A DNA stretch of 55,113 nucleotides from Candidatus Dormiibacterota bacterium (GTDB taxonomy: Bacteria > Chloroflexota > Dormibacteria > Dormibacterales > Dormibacteraceae), in assembly GCA_040004595.1 (NCBI GenBank), contig JBDUAO010000001.1, forward strand, positions 1 to 55,113. Reading direction: 5' to 3'. Position 1 is the stretch's first letter. Every line of letters begins with the position of its first letter. A model generated the notes under the pieces. That model did not search any database. It was not told where the DNA came from and was given only the letters and a program-made list of their open reading frames with translations. The position numbers and the translations under genes were made by a program. Of this stretch, positions 35,759 to 44,730 are shown piece after piece.

Positions 35759-35968
35759 TTAGAGGACGGCCTTCGGGCGGCAGGGCCAAAGCGCTCCCTC
35801 CGGGCCACAGGGGTGGGTTGTCCTGAGCGAGCTCAGGTGGGTCCCCTGCCTTGGCTCTCCAAGTCCCGTCAAGCGGGCTTTTGGTCGGCGACCGGACTCC
35901 GAGGTCCCTAAATGCTGTCTATTGGGCAACGCGCACATCGCCCGCAACCCATCGGGAGCCACCCAATA

Positions 35969-37729
35969 CTACGTGGAGGGCTTCAGTGGTGGCACCACCT
36001 GAATGCGAAGCTCCTCGAGCTGCCCTGGGTCGACATCGGATGGCGCTCCCAGCATCAGGTCCGACATAGATTGCGTCTTCGGGAACGCGACGACATCTCG
36101 AATGTTGTCCGTGCCGCCCAGCATCATCACCACGCGGTCGATGCCCTGTGCGATCCCGCCATGAGGCGGTGCGCCGTATGTGAATGCGCGCAGTAGAGTT
36201 CCGAAACGATCGCGGATAGTCTCCAGGGGCATGCCGAGGAGCTGGAACACCCTCTCTTGCATGGCCGGGTCATAGATGCGAAGGCTTCCGCCTCCGAGCT
36301 CATAACCGTTCAAAACCATGTCATAAGCGTGAGCGCGAACGTCATACGGCCGCTCTTCGACGAATGGCATGTCTTCCTCGAACGGCCGGGTGAACGGATG
36401 GTGCGCGTAGGTGAGCTTGCCCGCGTCGTCCTCATCGAATAGATATGTGGGGTTGATCCACAGGAACCTCCACTCGTCCTCTCTGATCAGCTTGCGGCGC
36501 TTTGCAACCTCCTGCCGGATCAAACCCATCACCGTCTCCGCCTTGCGCCTGCGATCCGCGACGATGAGCACGACATCGTCGTCCGAGGAACCGGTCGCCT
36601 GCTTGATTCCCGCGAGCTCGTCGGCACTCAGGAACTTGTCGATCGAACTGCCGGGCAGCCAAGCGAGGCCCTTGCCACCGGCGCCCTTCGCAACGGTGAC
36701 CAGCTCATCGAGATCCCGGCGAGCCATGTCGCGACCGCCAGGTACCCGCATTCCCCGAACCACGCCGCCCGTGTCGAGCGCGCTGCGGAAAATCTGCGCC
36801 TTCGTCGAAGCAAGGATCGATCCCAGGTCCGCTATCTCAAGGTCGTGGCGCAGGTCCGGCTTGTCGGAGCCGTACCTGAGCAGCGACTCCTTTATATCCA
36901 TGCGCTGAAAAGGAGTCTTCAGCTCGACGCCGAGAACCTCTTGCCAGAGCTCGCCGAACAGGCCCTCGATCAAGCCGAAGACGTCCTCCTCATCGCAGAA
37001 GGACATCTCGATATCCAGCTGGGTGAACTCCGGCTGCCGGTCGGCCCGAAGGTTCTCGTCTCGAAAGCAGCGTGCGATCTGGTAGTAGCGCTGAACGCCC
37101 GACACCATCAGTAGCTGCTTCAACATCTGGGGCGCTTGAGGCAGCGCATAGAACGATCCCGGATGCAAACGCGATGGAACCAGGAAGTCACGAGCGCCCG
37201 ACGGCGAACTCCGAGTCAGGATCGGGGTCTCCACCTCGATGAACTCGCTGCGATCCATGTAGTCGCGAATGATCTTGTTGACACGGCTGCGCAGCTCAAG
37301 CATTCGCGTCATCCGCGGGCGGCGCAGGTCGAGGTACCGGTATTCAAGTCGCGTCTTCTCGTCGGGATCTTCCTGATCCTCAATCGGAAACGGCGTCGTC
37401 TCCGACGTGTTGACGACCTCGAGCTCGGAGGCGGTCACCTCGACTTCGCCCGTTGCCATGCGCGGGTTCTCAGAACCGGCGGGGCGCCGTCCCACCAGGC
37501 CCTTGACCCGGACCACGTATTCGGCCCGAAGCTCCGATGCCGCGGCATGTGCCTCGGGCGCCTTGGTTGGATTGAAAACCACCTGCACAGCGCCCCAGCG
37601 GTCGCGAAGGTCGATGAAGATGAGGCCGCCGTGGTCCCGGCGCCGTGCCACCCAGCCATAGAGCTCCGTCTCGCGGCCGACGTCCGAGGCGCGGATCGAG
37701 CCGCAGTGGGGCGATGTGAACCCGCTCAT
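35969..37729 (-). CDS. aspS: aspartyl-tRNA synthetase
   Basis: 586 aa with an N-terminal OB fold (GWVARRRDHGGLIFIDLRD), class II motifs (FRDE, GGGSLRI, GIDR) and a bacterial insertion domain. An ATGA overlap links it to the hisS stop. Confidence 0.95.
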   Translation of the reverse strand: MSGFTSPHCGSIRASDVGRETELYGWVARRRDHGGLIFIDLRDRWGAVQVVFNPTKAPEAHAAASELRAEYVVRVKGLVGRRPAGSENPRMATGEVEVTASELEVVNTSETTPFPIEDQEDPDEKTRLEYRYLDLRRPRMTRMLELRSRVNKIIRDYMDRSEFIEVETPILTRSSPSGARDFLVPSRLHPGSFYALPQAPQMLKQLLMVSGVQRYYQIARCFRDENLRADRQPEFTQLDIEMSFCDEEDVFGLIEGLFGELWQEVLGVELKTPFQRMDIKESLLRYGSDKPDLRHDLEIADLGSILASTKAQIFRSALDTGGVVRGMRVPGGRDMARRDLDELVTVAKGAGGKGLAWLPGSSIDKFLSADELAGIKQATGSSDDDVVLIVADRRRKAETVMGLIRQEVAKRRKLIREDEWRFLWINPTYLFDEDDAGKLTYAHHPFTRPFEEDMPFVEERPYDVRAHAYDMVLNGYELGGGSLRIYDPAMQERVFQLLGMPLETIRDRFGTLLRAFTYGAPPHGGIAQGIDRVVMMLGGTDNIRDVVAFPKTQSMSDLMLGAPSDVDPGQLEELRIQVVPPLKPST

Positions 37730-38982
37730 GCGAGGCTCTCGGCAAGCTCTTTCCAGGAAACCTCGACCTGCTCGCCGCTTGCCATGTCTTTCAGCTGCGC
37801 GATGCGGCGCTGCGCCTCCATTGCGCCGAGGATCACCACCCAGCGCGCATCGAGCTTATCGGCGGCCCGCATCTTCGCGCGCAGGCTCCTGGGCTCGAAG
37901 TCCACGGCGACAGTTCGCACGGCGCGACAAAGTCTCGCCACCTCTGCAGCCTCGACCTCGAGACCTGGCTCGGCCAGGACTACCACCTCAGCCGCCGGCT
38001 CTGGGATCACCTCCGCCCCACTCGCCGCGACCACCTCGGTCACGCGATCAAGACCGCCAGCGAAGCCTACGCCTGGTGTCGACGGCCAGCCCTCCGCCTG
38101 GGCAAGACCGTCGTAGCGGCCGCCCGCGACCAGCGCATCCTGCGCGCCGGAGGCGCCTCCCGGATAGAACTCGAAGACGGTCCGCGTGTAGTAGTCCAGC
38201 CCCCGTACCAGGTATGGGTTCAGCCGATACTCGATGCCCGCCGCGTCGAGCACTCGCCTCACCAGCACCCAGGCGTTGGCACACTCTTCGCACAGGTGGT
38301 CCGTGATACGCGGTGCCTTGGGTTTCAAAGGCTGGCACTGCGGCACCTTGCAATCGAGAAGCCGCAAGGGGTTTACCTCGAGACGGCGCTGGCAATCGCC
38401 GTGGAGCTTGTCCTTCAGCGGCCTGTAATAGTCGCGGAGCTGCTCGAGGTATGCGGGTCGGCACTTGGCGTCGCCGATGGTGTTCAGCTCCAGCGCCAGG
38501 TCGCTGATGCCGACCTCATTCAGCCACGTGGCGGCGAGCTCGATGATCTCCGCGTCGACCGCCGGGCTGGAGGCGCCTATGGCCTCGATATCGAATTGAA
38601 AGAACTGGCGGTACCGACCCTTTTGCGGGCGGTCGTACCGAAACATCGGTCCGATCAGAAACAGTCGTGCGGGTTGCGGCCCCTGATTGAGGCCACCCTC
38701 GAAATAAGCGCGCACGATCCCTGCAGTCGCCTCCGGCCGCAGCGCCAGGTTGCGGCCGCCGCGATCCTCGAAGCGGTAAAGCTCTTTCGCGACAGCGTCT
38801 GTCTCCTCGCCAATGCGCTCGATCAAGTCCGTATGCTCGACGATCGGGGTGACGATCTCCTGATAACCGAAAGTCCTCGCCACACGCGCAGCGGCCTTCT
38901 CGACGCTGCGCCACAGGGCGCGCTCGTGTGGCATAAGGTCGCGCATTCCGCGGACCGCTTTGATGGGTTCGGTGCGAGGCAT
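37726..38982 (-). CDS. hisS: histidyl-tRNA synthetase
   Basis: 418 aa with GMRDLMP, the RPEATAGIVR motif, YRQFFQFDIEAIG and AGGRYDGL. Confidence 0.95.
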   Translation of the reverse strand: MPRTEPIKAVRGMRDLMPHERALWRSVEKAAARVARTFGYQEIVTPIVEHTDLIERIGEETDAVAKELYRFEDRGGRNLALRPEATAGIVRAYFEGGLNQGPQPARLFLIGPMFRYDRPQKGRYRQFFQFDIEAIGASSPAVDAEIIELAATWLNEVGISDLALELNTIGDAKCRPAYLEQLRDYYRPLKDKLHGDCQRRLEVNPLRLLDCKVPQCQPLKPKAPRITDHLCEECANAWVLVRRVLDAAGIEYRLNPYLVRGLDYYTRTVFEFYPGGASGAQDALVAGGRYDGLAQAEGWPSTPGVGFAGGLDRVTEVVAASGAEVIPEPAAEVVVLAEPGLEVEAAEVARLCRAVRTVAVDFEPRSLRAKMRAADKLDARWVVILGAMEAQRRIAQLKDMASGEQVEVSWKELAESLA

Positions 38983-39155
38983 CGGAGTGACGATTGTAAG
39001 AAGCTGAGATGAACAGGGGTGTGCGTCGGGACTGGCTCCGCCGGGCTCGGCTCCCCAAGCGGGGACGCCCCCCCTTCCGGTGAGACCGCCTCGGGCCGGT
39101 TAGTATCTGCCCGAATGCGCCCACTAGCCGGACGGGCGGCGGTCACCAGAAGCCG

Positions 39156-39479
39156 ATGACCATCGCCCTCATCCAGCTGATCACTCTGATCTTCGCCGGC
39201 CTCGCTCTGCTGGTTGGGGCTTACCTGTTGATAATCGGCAGGCGGCCCTGGCGCGGCGACGAGGAGACGCACGTCGCGCCCCGAGTCCGCCTGCTTGGGC
39301 TCAGCTACATCCTGGTTTTCGGTTCCGCGATGATCCAGATCATCGCGCAGCCCCGAGGCCTGAATTCAGAGATCCTGGGTGGCCTCATGGTGCTGGGCGG
39401 CATCATCGTGATCATCGTCGTCTTCCTCGAGGCGCGAGCGTCGCGCCGTTCGATCGCCAGAGGACGTCTGGGAGACTAG
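39156..39479 (+). CDS. small membrane protein (3 TM helices), unknown function
   Basis: 107-aa hydrophobic ORF. It has no Flp-type G/xxxxEY processing motif. Confidence 0.45.
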   Translation: MTIALIQLITLIFAGLALLVGAYLLIIGRRPWRGDEETHVAPRVRLLGLSYILVFGSAMIQIIAQPRGLNSEILGGLMVLGGIIVIIVVFLEARASRRSIARGRLGD

Positions 39480-39485
39480 ACCCGC

Positions 39486-41039
39486 CTACGGGTTGGTCCG
39501 CCAGCCCGCCGCCACCTTGAATGCTTCCTTCAGCTGCTCCAGGTGAACCGGCTTGATCATGTAATCGTCGAATCCCGCCTTCAGGCAGCGATCTTGATCG
39601 CCTGGTCCTGCCAGCGCGGTCAAAGCGATGAGGCGCGGCCGCGTCCCTTTCGTCCAGCGGCGGCAGATCGCCTCTGCCGCCTGCAGCCCATCCATCTCCG
39701 GCATGAGGACGTCCATCAGGACCGCGTCGTAAGGCGTTTGGGCGACCGCCTCCACTGCCTCCCGGCCGTTGGAGACGACGTCGACGTTGTGTCCGAGCTT
39801 GACGACGAGACGTCGCAGCAGGTTCTGGTTGAGCGCGTTGTCGTCAGCAACCAGCACCTTCAGCGCCCCCGGGGCCACCCGTTCGACTGCGGTGGGGGCA
39901 AGCGTGACAGCTGGCCTGGTCCCGACCTGGACCATGACGTCGTGCAGCTTGCGCGGAGCCACCGGCTTCGTCAGCGTTGCCTGCACCAATCCGCTGTCGG
40001 CGGCGCCGGCTTCCTCCGCAGTGGCGGCGGCTGCCGCGATCAACACGATCGGGAGCTGTTCGGGACCGCGAAGCCCTCGGATCGTCGCCGAAAGCGATAG
40101 GCCATCGATCTCCGGAAGGCGGTGCTCGATCAAGGCGATGTCGAACGGGTGGCCGGCCTGGATCAAGGCCAGCGCCTCATCGAGTGTCGCCGCGGTGGCG
40201 ACTGCCCCCCACGTCTCCGTCTGCAGGGCCATCACGCGGCGCTCCGTGGCTTCACCAGTCACCACCAGGACCTTCATCAGGTCCAACGTCAACGGTGCGG
40301 CCGTCACCGGTGCCGGCATGGCCTCCGCCAGGATCGTGAACTCGAAGAGGGTGCCGGCGTCAGGCCCTGCCTCGACCCCGCCCTGCTCCACTCGCAACTC
40401 TCCATCCATCATCTCGACCAGCCGCTTGCAGGTCGTGAGGTTGAGCACTGCCAGGCGGTCGCCGGGCTCGAGCTGCGCACCTCCCGTCTCTCCCATTCCG
40501 CTTCGAAGGATCCGCGCGGGCATACCACGCCCCGTGTCGCGGACACTGAACTTCAGTCTCGTCAGCTCTCCCTCAGGCAGGCAGCTCAGCTCGACTCCCA
40601 CCCCACCTCGCTCGGTCCTCTCGAGACCGCCACTGAGCAGGGTCAGGATTATCTGCTCGACCCGTCGGGAGTCACCCACGATCACGCTCGGGACGTCGAG
40701 CTCAGCCCGGAACGAAAGGTCGAGGCCTTTGGCGCCGGCTGTCTCGGCCGCGAGCCCAAGACAGCTTTCAACGCTCGAACGAACGTCGAAGGGATGAAGC
40801 GCCAGCTCGAACTGGCCACTCTGGATCATCGCCGCGTCGAGGACCTCCTCGACCAGCCTGGCCACCTGCTCAGCGCCGACCTCTACGATCGACGCCAGCT
40901 CGCGTTCTTCCGTGGATGACGCGGTCATCGCCAGCAGGCCTGCCGCGCCGAGTATCGCGTTCAGCTGGTTGCGGAGCTGGTGACCAAAATCGGCCAGCAG
41001 CTCGGCGTCGAGCACATCCACATTCTTGTTGTCGATCAA
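39486..41039 (-). CDS. soluble hybrid histidine kinase-like protein: HisKA, degenerate HATPase, pseudo-receiver, receiver
   Basis: It has the H-box FGHQLRNQLNAI and the G1 box DTGRGM, but the N-box Asn and the G2 GxGLG box are absent. REC1 has E where the phospho-Asp is expected (IALIEH). REC2 is canonical (ADD..., VLMDVLMPEMDG, ALTA, IKP). TTG 41039 lies 2 nt after the cpaF stop. Confidence 0.75.
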   Translation of the reverse strand: MIDNKNVDVLDAELLADFGHQLRNQLNAILGAAGLLAMTASSTEERELASIVEVGAEQVARLVEEVLDAAMIQSGQFELALHPFDVRSSVESCLGLAAETAGAKGLDLSFRAELDVPSVIVGDSRRVEQIILTLLSGGLERTERGGVGVELSCLPEGELTRLKFSVRDTGRGMPARILRSGMGETGGAQLEPGDRLAVLNLTTCKRLVEMMDGELRVEQGGVEAGPDAGTLFEFTILAEAMPAPVTAAPLTLDLMKVLVVTGEATERRVMALQTETWGAVATAATLDEALALIQAGHPFDIALIEHRLPEIDGLSLSATIRGLRGPEQLPIVLIAAAAATAEEAGAADSGLVQATLTKPVAPRKLHDVMVQVGTRPAVTLAPTAVERVAPGALKVLVADDNALNQNLLRRLVVKLGHNVDVVSNGREAVEAVAQTPYDAVLMDVLMPEMDGLQAAEAICRRWTKGTRPRLIALTALAGPGDQDRCLKAGFDDYMIKPVHLEQLKEAFKVAAGWRTNP

Positions 41040-41040
41040 A

Positions 41041-42534
41041 TCACGCCCACGCCTGAGTCCCGGGAGGCTGAGTGCTGGGCTGGAACATCGAATCGGGAAG
41101 CTCGACGCTGTTGGAGCGGAAATGCTTGAGGAATGCGGACCGAACGCCCGTGGCGGTGTGATAGCCAACCGCGCGCCCGTCAGCGGTAACCCCCGTTTGA
41201 TTGAAGACGAACAGCTCTTGCATCGTAATCTCACCTTCGGCGATACCCGTCACCTCGGCCACGCTGACCACCTTGCGCGCTCCTCCCCGCAGCCGCTCCG
41301 TTTGAACCACCACGTTGACCGCCGACGCAATCTGGCTGCGGATGGCTCGTGATGGGAGCTCGGTTCCGGCGAGAAGGACCAGCGTCTCCAGCCGGTTCAA
41401 TGCGTCGCGCGGATTGTTGGAGTGCAGGGTGCTCATCGACCCGTCGTGGCCAGTGTTCATGGCCTGAAGCATGTCGAGCGCCTCGGGTCCGCGGCACTCG
41501 CCGACGACGATGCGGTCGGGTCGCATGCGCAAGCAGTTACGCACGAGGTCACGAATCGAGATGGCGCCGCGGCCCTCCACGTTCTGGGGTTTGGATTCGA
41601 GGCTGATGACATGCACCTGGCGCAAGCGCAGCTCGGCCGCGTCTTCGCACGTAACGATTCGCTCGTTCGCCGGGATGAATCCGGACAACACGTTCAGGAA
41701 TGTCGTCTTGCCAGACCCGGTGCCACCCGAGACGATGATGTTCAGACGGGTTTTCACCGCAGCGTCCAGGTACATCATCATCGCCGGCGTCGCGCCGCCC
41801 AAGCTGACTATCTGCTCGGGGCTCAACACCTCGCGACCGAACTTTCGGATGGTCAGGCACGGCCCGTAGATCGCTACAGGCGGTATGACCACGTTGACGC
41901 GTGAGCCATCTTTGAGACGCGCATCACACATCGGCTCAGACTCGTCGACGCGTCGGCCGATGGAGGACACGATCCTATCGATGACGCGGCGCAGGCTAGC
42001 CTCATCCTCGAACGCGAGGCTCGTCAGCTCGATCTTGCCTTTGCGCTCAACGAAGATCTGCTCGGGTCGGTTGACCATGACCTCGCTGATGTCAGGGTCC
42101 CGCAGCAGAGCCTCGAGCGGCCCGAGGCCTACGACCTCGTCGTAGAGGACCTCGACCAGTCGCTCGCGATCGGCGGCGGTGACCAGCGTGATCGGGGGCT
42201 TGGTCCGGAAATGCTCCTCGGTCAGCTGTAGCAGGAGCCGTCGGATGCCGGCAGGGTTGTTGATGTCGATCTGGGCCGTGTGGTGTGCCAGTAGCTGGGC
42301 ATGGATCTCGGCCTTGGCGGCTGCCAGCGAGGGGATCAGCTTGGTTGACGATTCGGTGACCAGCGCCGGCGGCACCGCCTGGATCGGCGTCGGCGCGGGC
42401 GCCACCGCAACAGGCGGGGCAGGAGCGGCCGGCGCCGCGGTCACGGGTCCATTCGACGACTGAGGGGCAGGGGCGACAGGTGCAGCCACCGGGGCCTGCT
42501 GGTACCGCCTGTCAAAGCGTTCTGACAGCTTCAT
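41041..42534 (-). CDS. cpaF: CpaF/TadA-family type IV pilus (Tad) assembly ATPase
   Basis: 497 aa. An Ala/Pro-rich N-terminus is followed by a T2SS-E type core with Walker A GGTGSGKTT, an Asp box, Walker B and a His box (GHDGSMST). Confidence 0.9.
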   Translation of the reverse strand: MKLSERFDRRYQQAPVAAPVAPAPQSSNGPVTAAPAAPAPPVAVAPAPTPIQAVPPALVTESSTKLIPSLAAAKAEIHAQLLAHHTAQIDINNPAGIRRLLLQLTEEHFRTKPPITLVTAADRERLVEVLYDEVVGLGPLEALLRDPDISEVMVNRPEQIFVERKGKIELTSLAFEDEASLRRVIDRIVSSIGRRVDESEPMCDARLKDGSRVNVVIPPVAIYGPCLTIRKFGREVLSPEQIVSLGGATPAMMMYLDAAVKTRLNIIVSGGTGSGKTTFLNVLSGFIPANERIVTCEDAAELRLRQVHVISLESKPQNVEGRGAISIRDLVRNCLRMRPDRIVVGECRGPEALDMLQAMNTGHDGSMSTLHSNNPRDALNRLETLVLLAGTELPSRAIRSQIASAVNVVVQTERLRGGARKVVSVAEVTGIAEGEITMQELFVFNQTGVTADGRAVGYHTATGVRSAFLKHFRSNSVELPDSMFQPSTQPPGTQAWA

Positions 42535-43361
42535 GCCTGCCGGCCCCCGCCGGAGGTCTTGAGGCGCCTCTGAACATCGATGGCTGCGCCCCTGACCCCT
42601 GCATCAGGATCACCTGTGAGCCGGGCAGCCACGCTCGATGCCGAGGCGTCGCCGATCATGCCCAGCGAACGGCATGCCGCAACTCGGACGCGGGACGGCC
42701 ACCGCCTGTCCTCCGCGATCGCAGAGAGCGAACCGACCCTCAAGGAGTCGTGCCGCAAACCGCACGCCAGCACGGTGACCACAGCTGCCTGCACACTCGC
42801 AGGCTCTCGCATCAGCGCCTCGATGTCCATATCCGAAGCAGCGTGGGCAAGCTCGATCGCCAGCCGGTGCTGCGGAATCCGGTCCACCGCGGACATGAGC
42901 ACGTCCACTGCCCGACCGCCGCCAAGCTCCCCGATAGCGCGGATAGCGGCCTCCCAGACCCGGGGCCTGGAGTCGGCCATCATATCGGCGAGCCAGGGCA
43001 GCGAGTCGGTCATGCGGAGGGCCCCGCAGAGCCGTGCACTTGCGATCCTGACGTTGGGGTCGGGATTCGCCAGGGCGTTTAGAAGGTCCTCAACCAGGCC
43101 GGCGGAGCGCACTGCGTGGGACAGGCGCAATTGCGGCGCCAGCCCTGGACCTGCGCGCTCAAGAACTGCGCTGATCGCGGGGGCCACAGAGCCGGCGTCA
43201 GCCAGCAGCTCAGAGGCTTTGAAGTTGAGGTTTACGTGGGGGTCCCCGCCCAGCGCGGCAGCGAGTAGTCGCTCGACGCGAGCGGCCAGACGTGACCGCG
43301 GAACGCCGGCTTTCAAGCCTTCCTGACGCTTCGCAGGGCGTTCTGATTCGAGGTCGGACAC
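42531..43361 (-). CDS. HEAT-repeat (PBS-lyase-like) protein
   Basis: It has repeated xLLxALxDPDxxVRxxAxxALG-like units (NALANPDPNVRIASARLCG, DSRPRVWEAAIRAIG, GDPDAGVRGAAID). An ATGA overlap links it to the cpaF start. GTG 43361 is preferred over the tracked 43667, which runs into the divergent gene. Confidence 0.55.
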   Translation of the reverse strand: MSDLESERPAKRQEGLKAGVPRSRLAARVERLLAAALGGDPHVNLNFKASELLADAGSVAPAISAVLERAGPGLAPQLRLSHAVRSAGLVEDLLNALANPDPNVRIASARLCGALRMTDSLPWLADMMADSRPRVWEAAIRAIGELGGGRAVDVLMSAVDRIPQHRLAIELAHAASDMDIEALMREPASVQAAVVTVLACGLRHDSLRVGSLSAIAEDRRWPSRVRVAACRSLGMIGDASASSVAARLTGDPDAGVRGAAIDVQRRLKTSGGGRQA

Positions 43362-43404
43362 TTGCCTGTTACCTGAGCCGTTGCTGCGATGTGGAAAGTC
43401 GATT

Positions 43405-43430
43405 TGGGGGGACGTTGCTACATTATCCCC
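43405..43430. promoter_or_regulatory. AT-rich island with overlapping face-to-face -10-like elements for the two divergent tad operons
   Basis: The plus strand reads TGcTACATTAT (43416-43426) and the minus strand reads GATAAT (43427-43422). GGGGAC / ATCCCC flank the island. Confidence 0.3.
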
Positions 43431-43491
43431 GTAGTTGAGTTCCCGCGAAGCTCGAGAGAGCCCGGGACTGCGGGAGGAGGGATTGGATCGT

Positions 43492-44730
43492 ATGGCCGCG
43501 AATGCGGGATCGGCGGCCGACCAGGCACCATCCGCGTTGCAGCTGCGCGTGCGCATGCTCGAGATGTCGCCGGTGTTCGCCGAGCTCAGCGACGGGGCCT
43601 TGCGGGCCCTGGCCAGGCGCATGCGCGTCGTCGGACTCCCGGGGGCTGACAAGCTCAAGCTGGGCACAGATCACGGCGATGTTGTCGTCTTTCTGGCCTC
43701 AGGGGTCGTCGAGCAGTCTCTGACCGACGCCGCCGGCCGGGTCCTTCTGACGCGGCGCCGCATGCCCGGAGACCTGTTGATTCTTCCTGTGCACCGATCG
43801 GGTGACCGCTACCTGACCAGTATCGGCGGAGTATCCAACGCGGTGCTCCTGACCCTGGACCGCGACAGCCTCATCCAGGGCCTGGGGCCAGAGGTCGAGA
43901 AGGTCGCGACGTCGCTCGAGCAGCTGTGGACCCAGGAGCTGATGGCGGTCGAGGCGGCTGAGGTCCAGCTATCGTCGCGGACCTCGGCCCCCATTGTCGC
44001 CTTCTTTTCTGCCAAGGGCGGCTCCGGCCTGACGACTCTCGCAGTGAACACTGCTGCTGCGCTGGCGAAGACATATCCACGCCAGGTGCTGCTGATGGAC
44101 CTGTCGGCGCCGTTTGGCCATGCGGCGCTGTTCTCCGACCTCATCGCCACCGGCTCCATCGCCAGCGCGGCGAAGGCGGCGCCTGCCGACTTCGACAAGG
44201 TGCTGCGGCAGCACATCGTGTACCACCGCTCAGGCATGGGCGTCCTGCCCGGCACGCTTCGGCCGGAAGAGGTCGACCTGATGACGGGGGACCTCACCGG
44301 GCGCGTACTCGACATCGTCGTCGCCTGGCAGCGTGTCATCGTCGTCGACCTCGGGACCTCGCTCGCCGAGGCTGCGCTCGCCGTGATCGAACGTGCTGAG
44401 TGCCTCGTCGTCGTGGTGCCACCCGAGATCGCAGCGATGACCGACGCGCGGCGATCGCTGGCGGTTTTCCGCGACATCATGAACGTGCCCGACAACCGCA
44501 TCGAGCTCGTCCTCAACCAGCGCGTCCCCCATCCCCCGCTGGAGCGCGCTGCGATCGAGGGCATCCTCGGCCGCAAAATGTCGGTGATGATCGGCTTCGA
44601 CGACTCGAGGCCGGAGGACGCAACGCTGGCCGGCAGCCTCGTCCTGCAGCGCGATGCCTCATCGCTCGTGTCGCGCGGCGCGACCGAGCTTGCTCGCGTG
44701 GTTATGGCGAACCTGAAGCTCAGTGGGTAG
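43492..44730 (+). CDS. TadZ/CpaE-like ParA/MinD-fold protein with N-terminal cyclic-nucleotide-binding-like domain
   Basis: The N-terminal roughly 110 aa fit a CAP-effector-domain pattern (FAELSDGALRALARRMRVVGLPGADKL...GDLL...RSG...). The C-terminal half is ParA-like with an atypical Walker A KGGSGLT that lacks the GK[ST] lysine. The RBS GGAGGAGGG ends 10 nt upstream of ATG 43492. Confidence 0.7.
   Translation: MAANAGSAADQAPSALQLRVRMLEMSPVFAELSDGALRALARRMRVVGLPGADKLKLGTDHGDVVVFLASGVVEQSLTDAAGRVLLTRRRMPGDLLILPVHRSGDRYLTSIGGVSNAVLLTLDRDSLIQGLGPEVEKVATSLEQLWTQELMAVEAAEVQLSSRTSAPIVAFFSAKGGSGLTTLAVNTAAALAKTYPRQVLLMDLSAPFGHAALFSDLIATGSIASAAKAAPADFDKVLRQHIVYHRSGMGVLPGTLRPEEVDLMTGDLTGRVLDIVVAWQRVIVVDLGTSLAEAALAVIERAECLVVVVPPEIAAMTDARRSLAVFRDIMNVPDNRIELVLNQRVPHPPLERAAIEGILGRKMSVMIGFDDSRPEDATLAGSLVLQRDASSLVSRGATELARVVMANLKLSG

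Noticed and set aside
35759-35968. tRNA, SRP RNA or 6S RNA in the aspS-downstream spacer, and likewise in 15406-15663
   Set aside because: There is no T-loop GGTTCRANYC. The SRP domain IV motif GGAAGCAGCC is absent, and I could recognise no tRNA cloverleaf or 6S-type closing helix with a central bubble.
38983-39155. Possible T-box leader upstream of hisS-aspS
   Set aside because: The only T-box-like string on the minus strand (GGTGACCGCCG) is a poor match to GGUGGUACCGCG and overlaps the divergent gene start. I could see no specifier-loop, AG-box or F-box elements, and no terminator or SD-sequestering helix.
39156-39479. Small membrane protein near the Tad locus as the missing Flp pilin
   Set aside because: It has three TM segments, no G/xxxxE[YF] processing motif and no Flp-like N-terminus.
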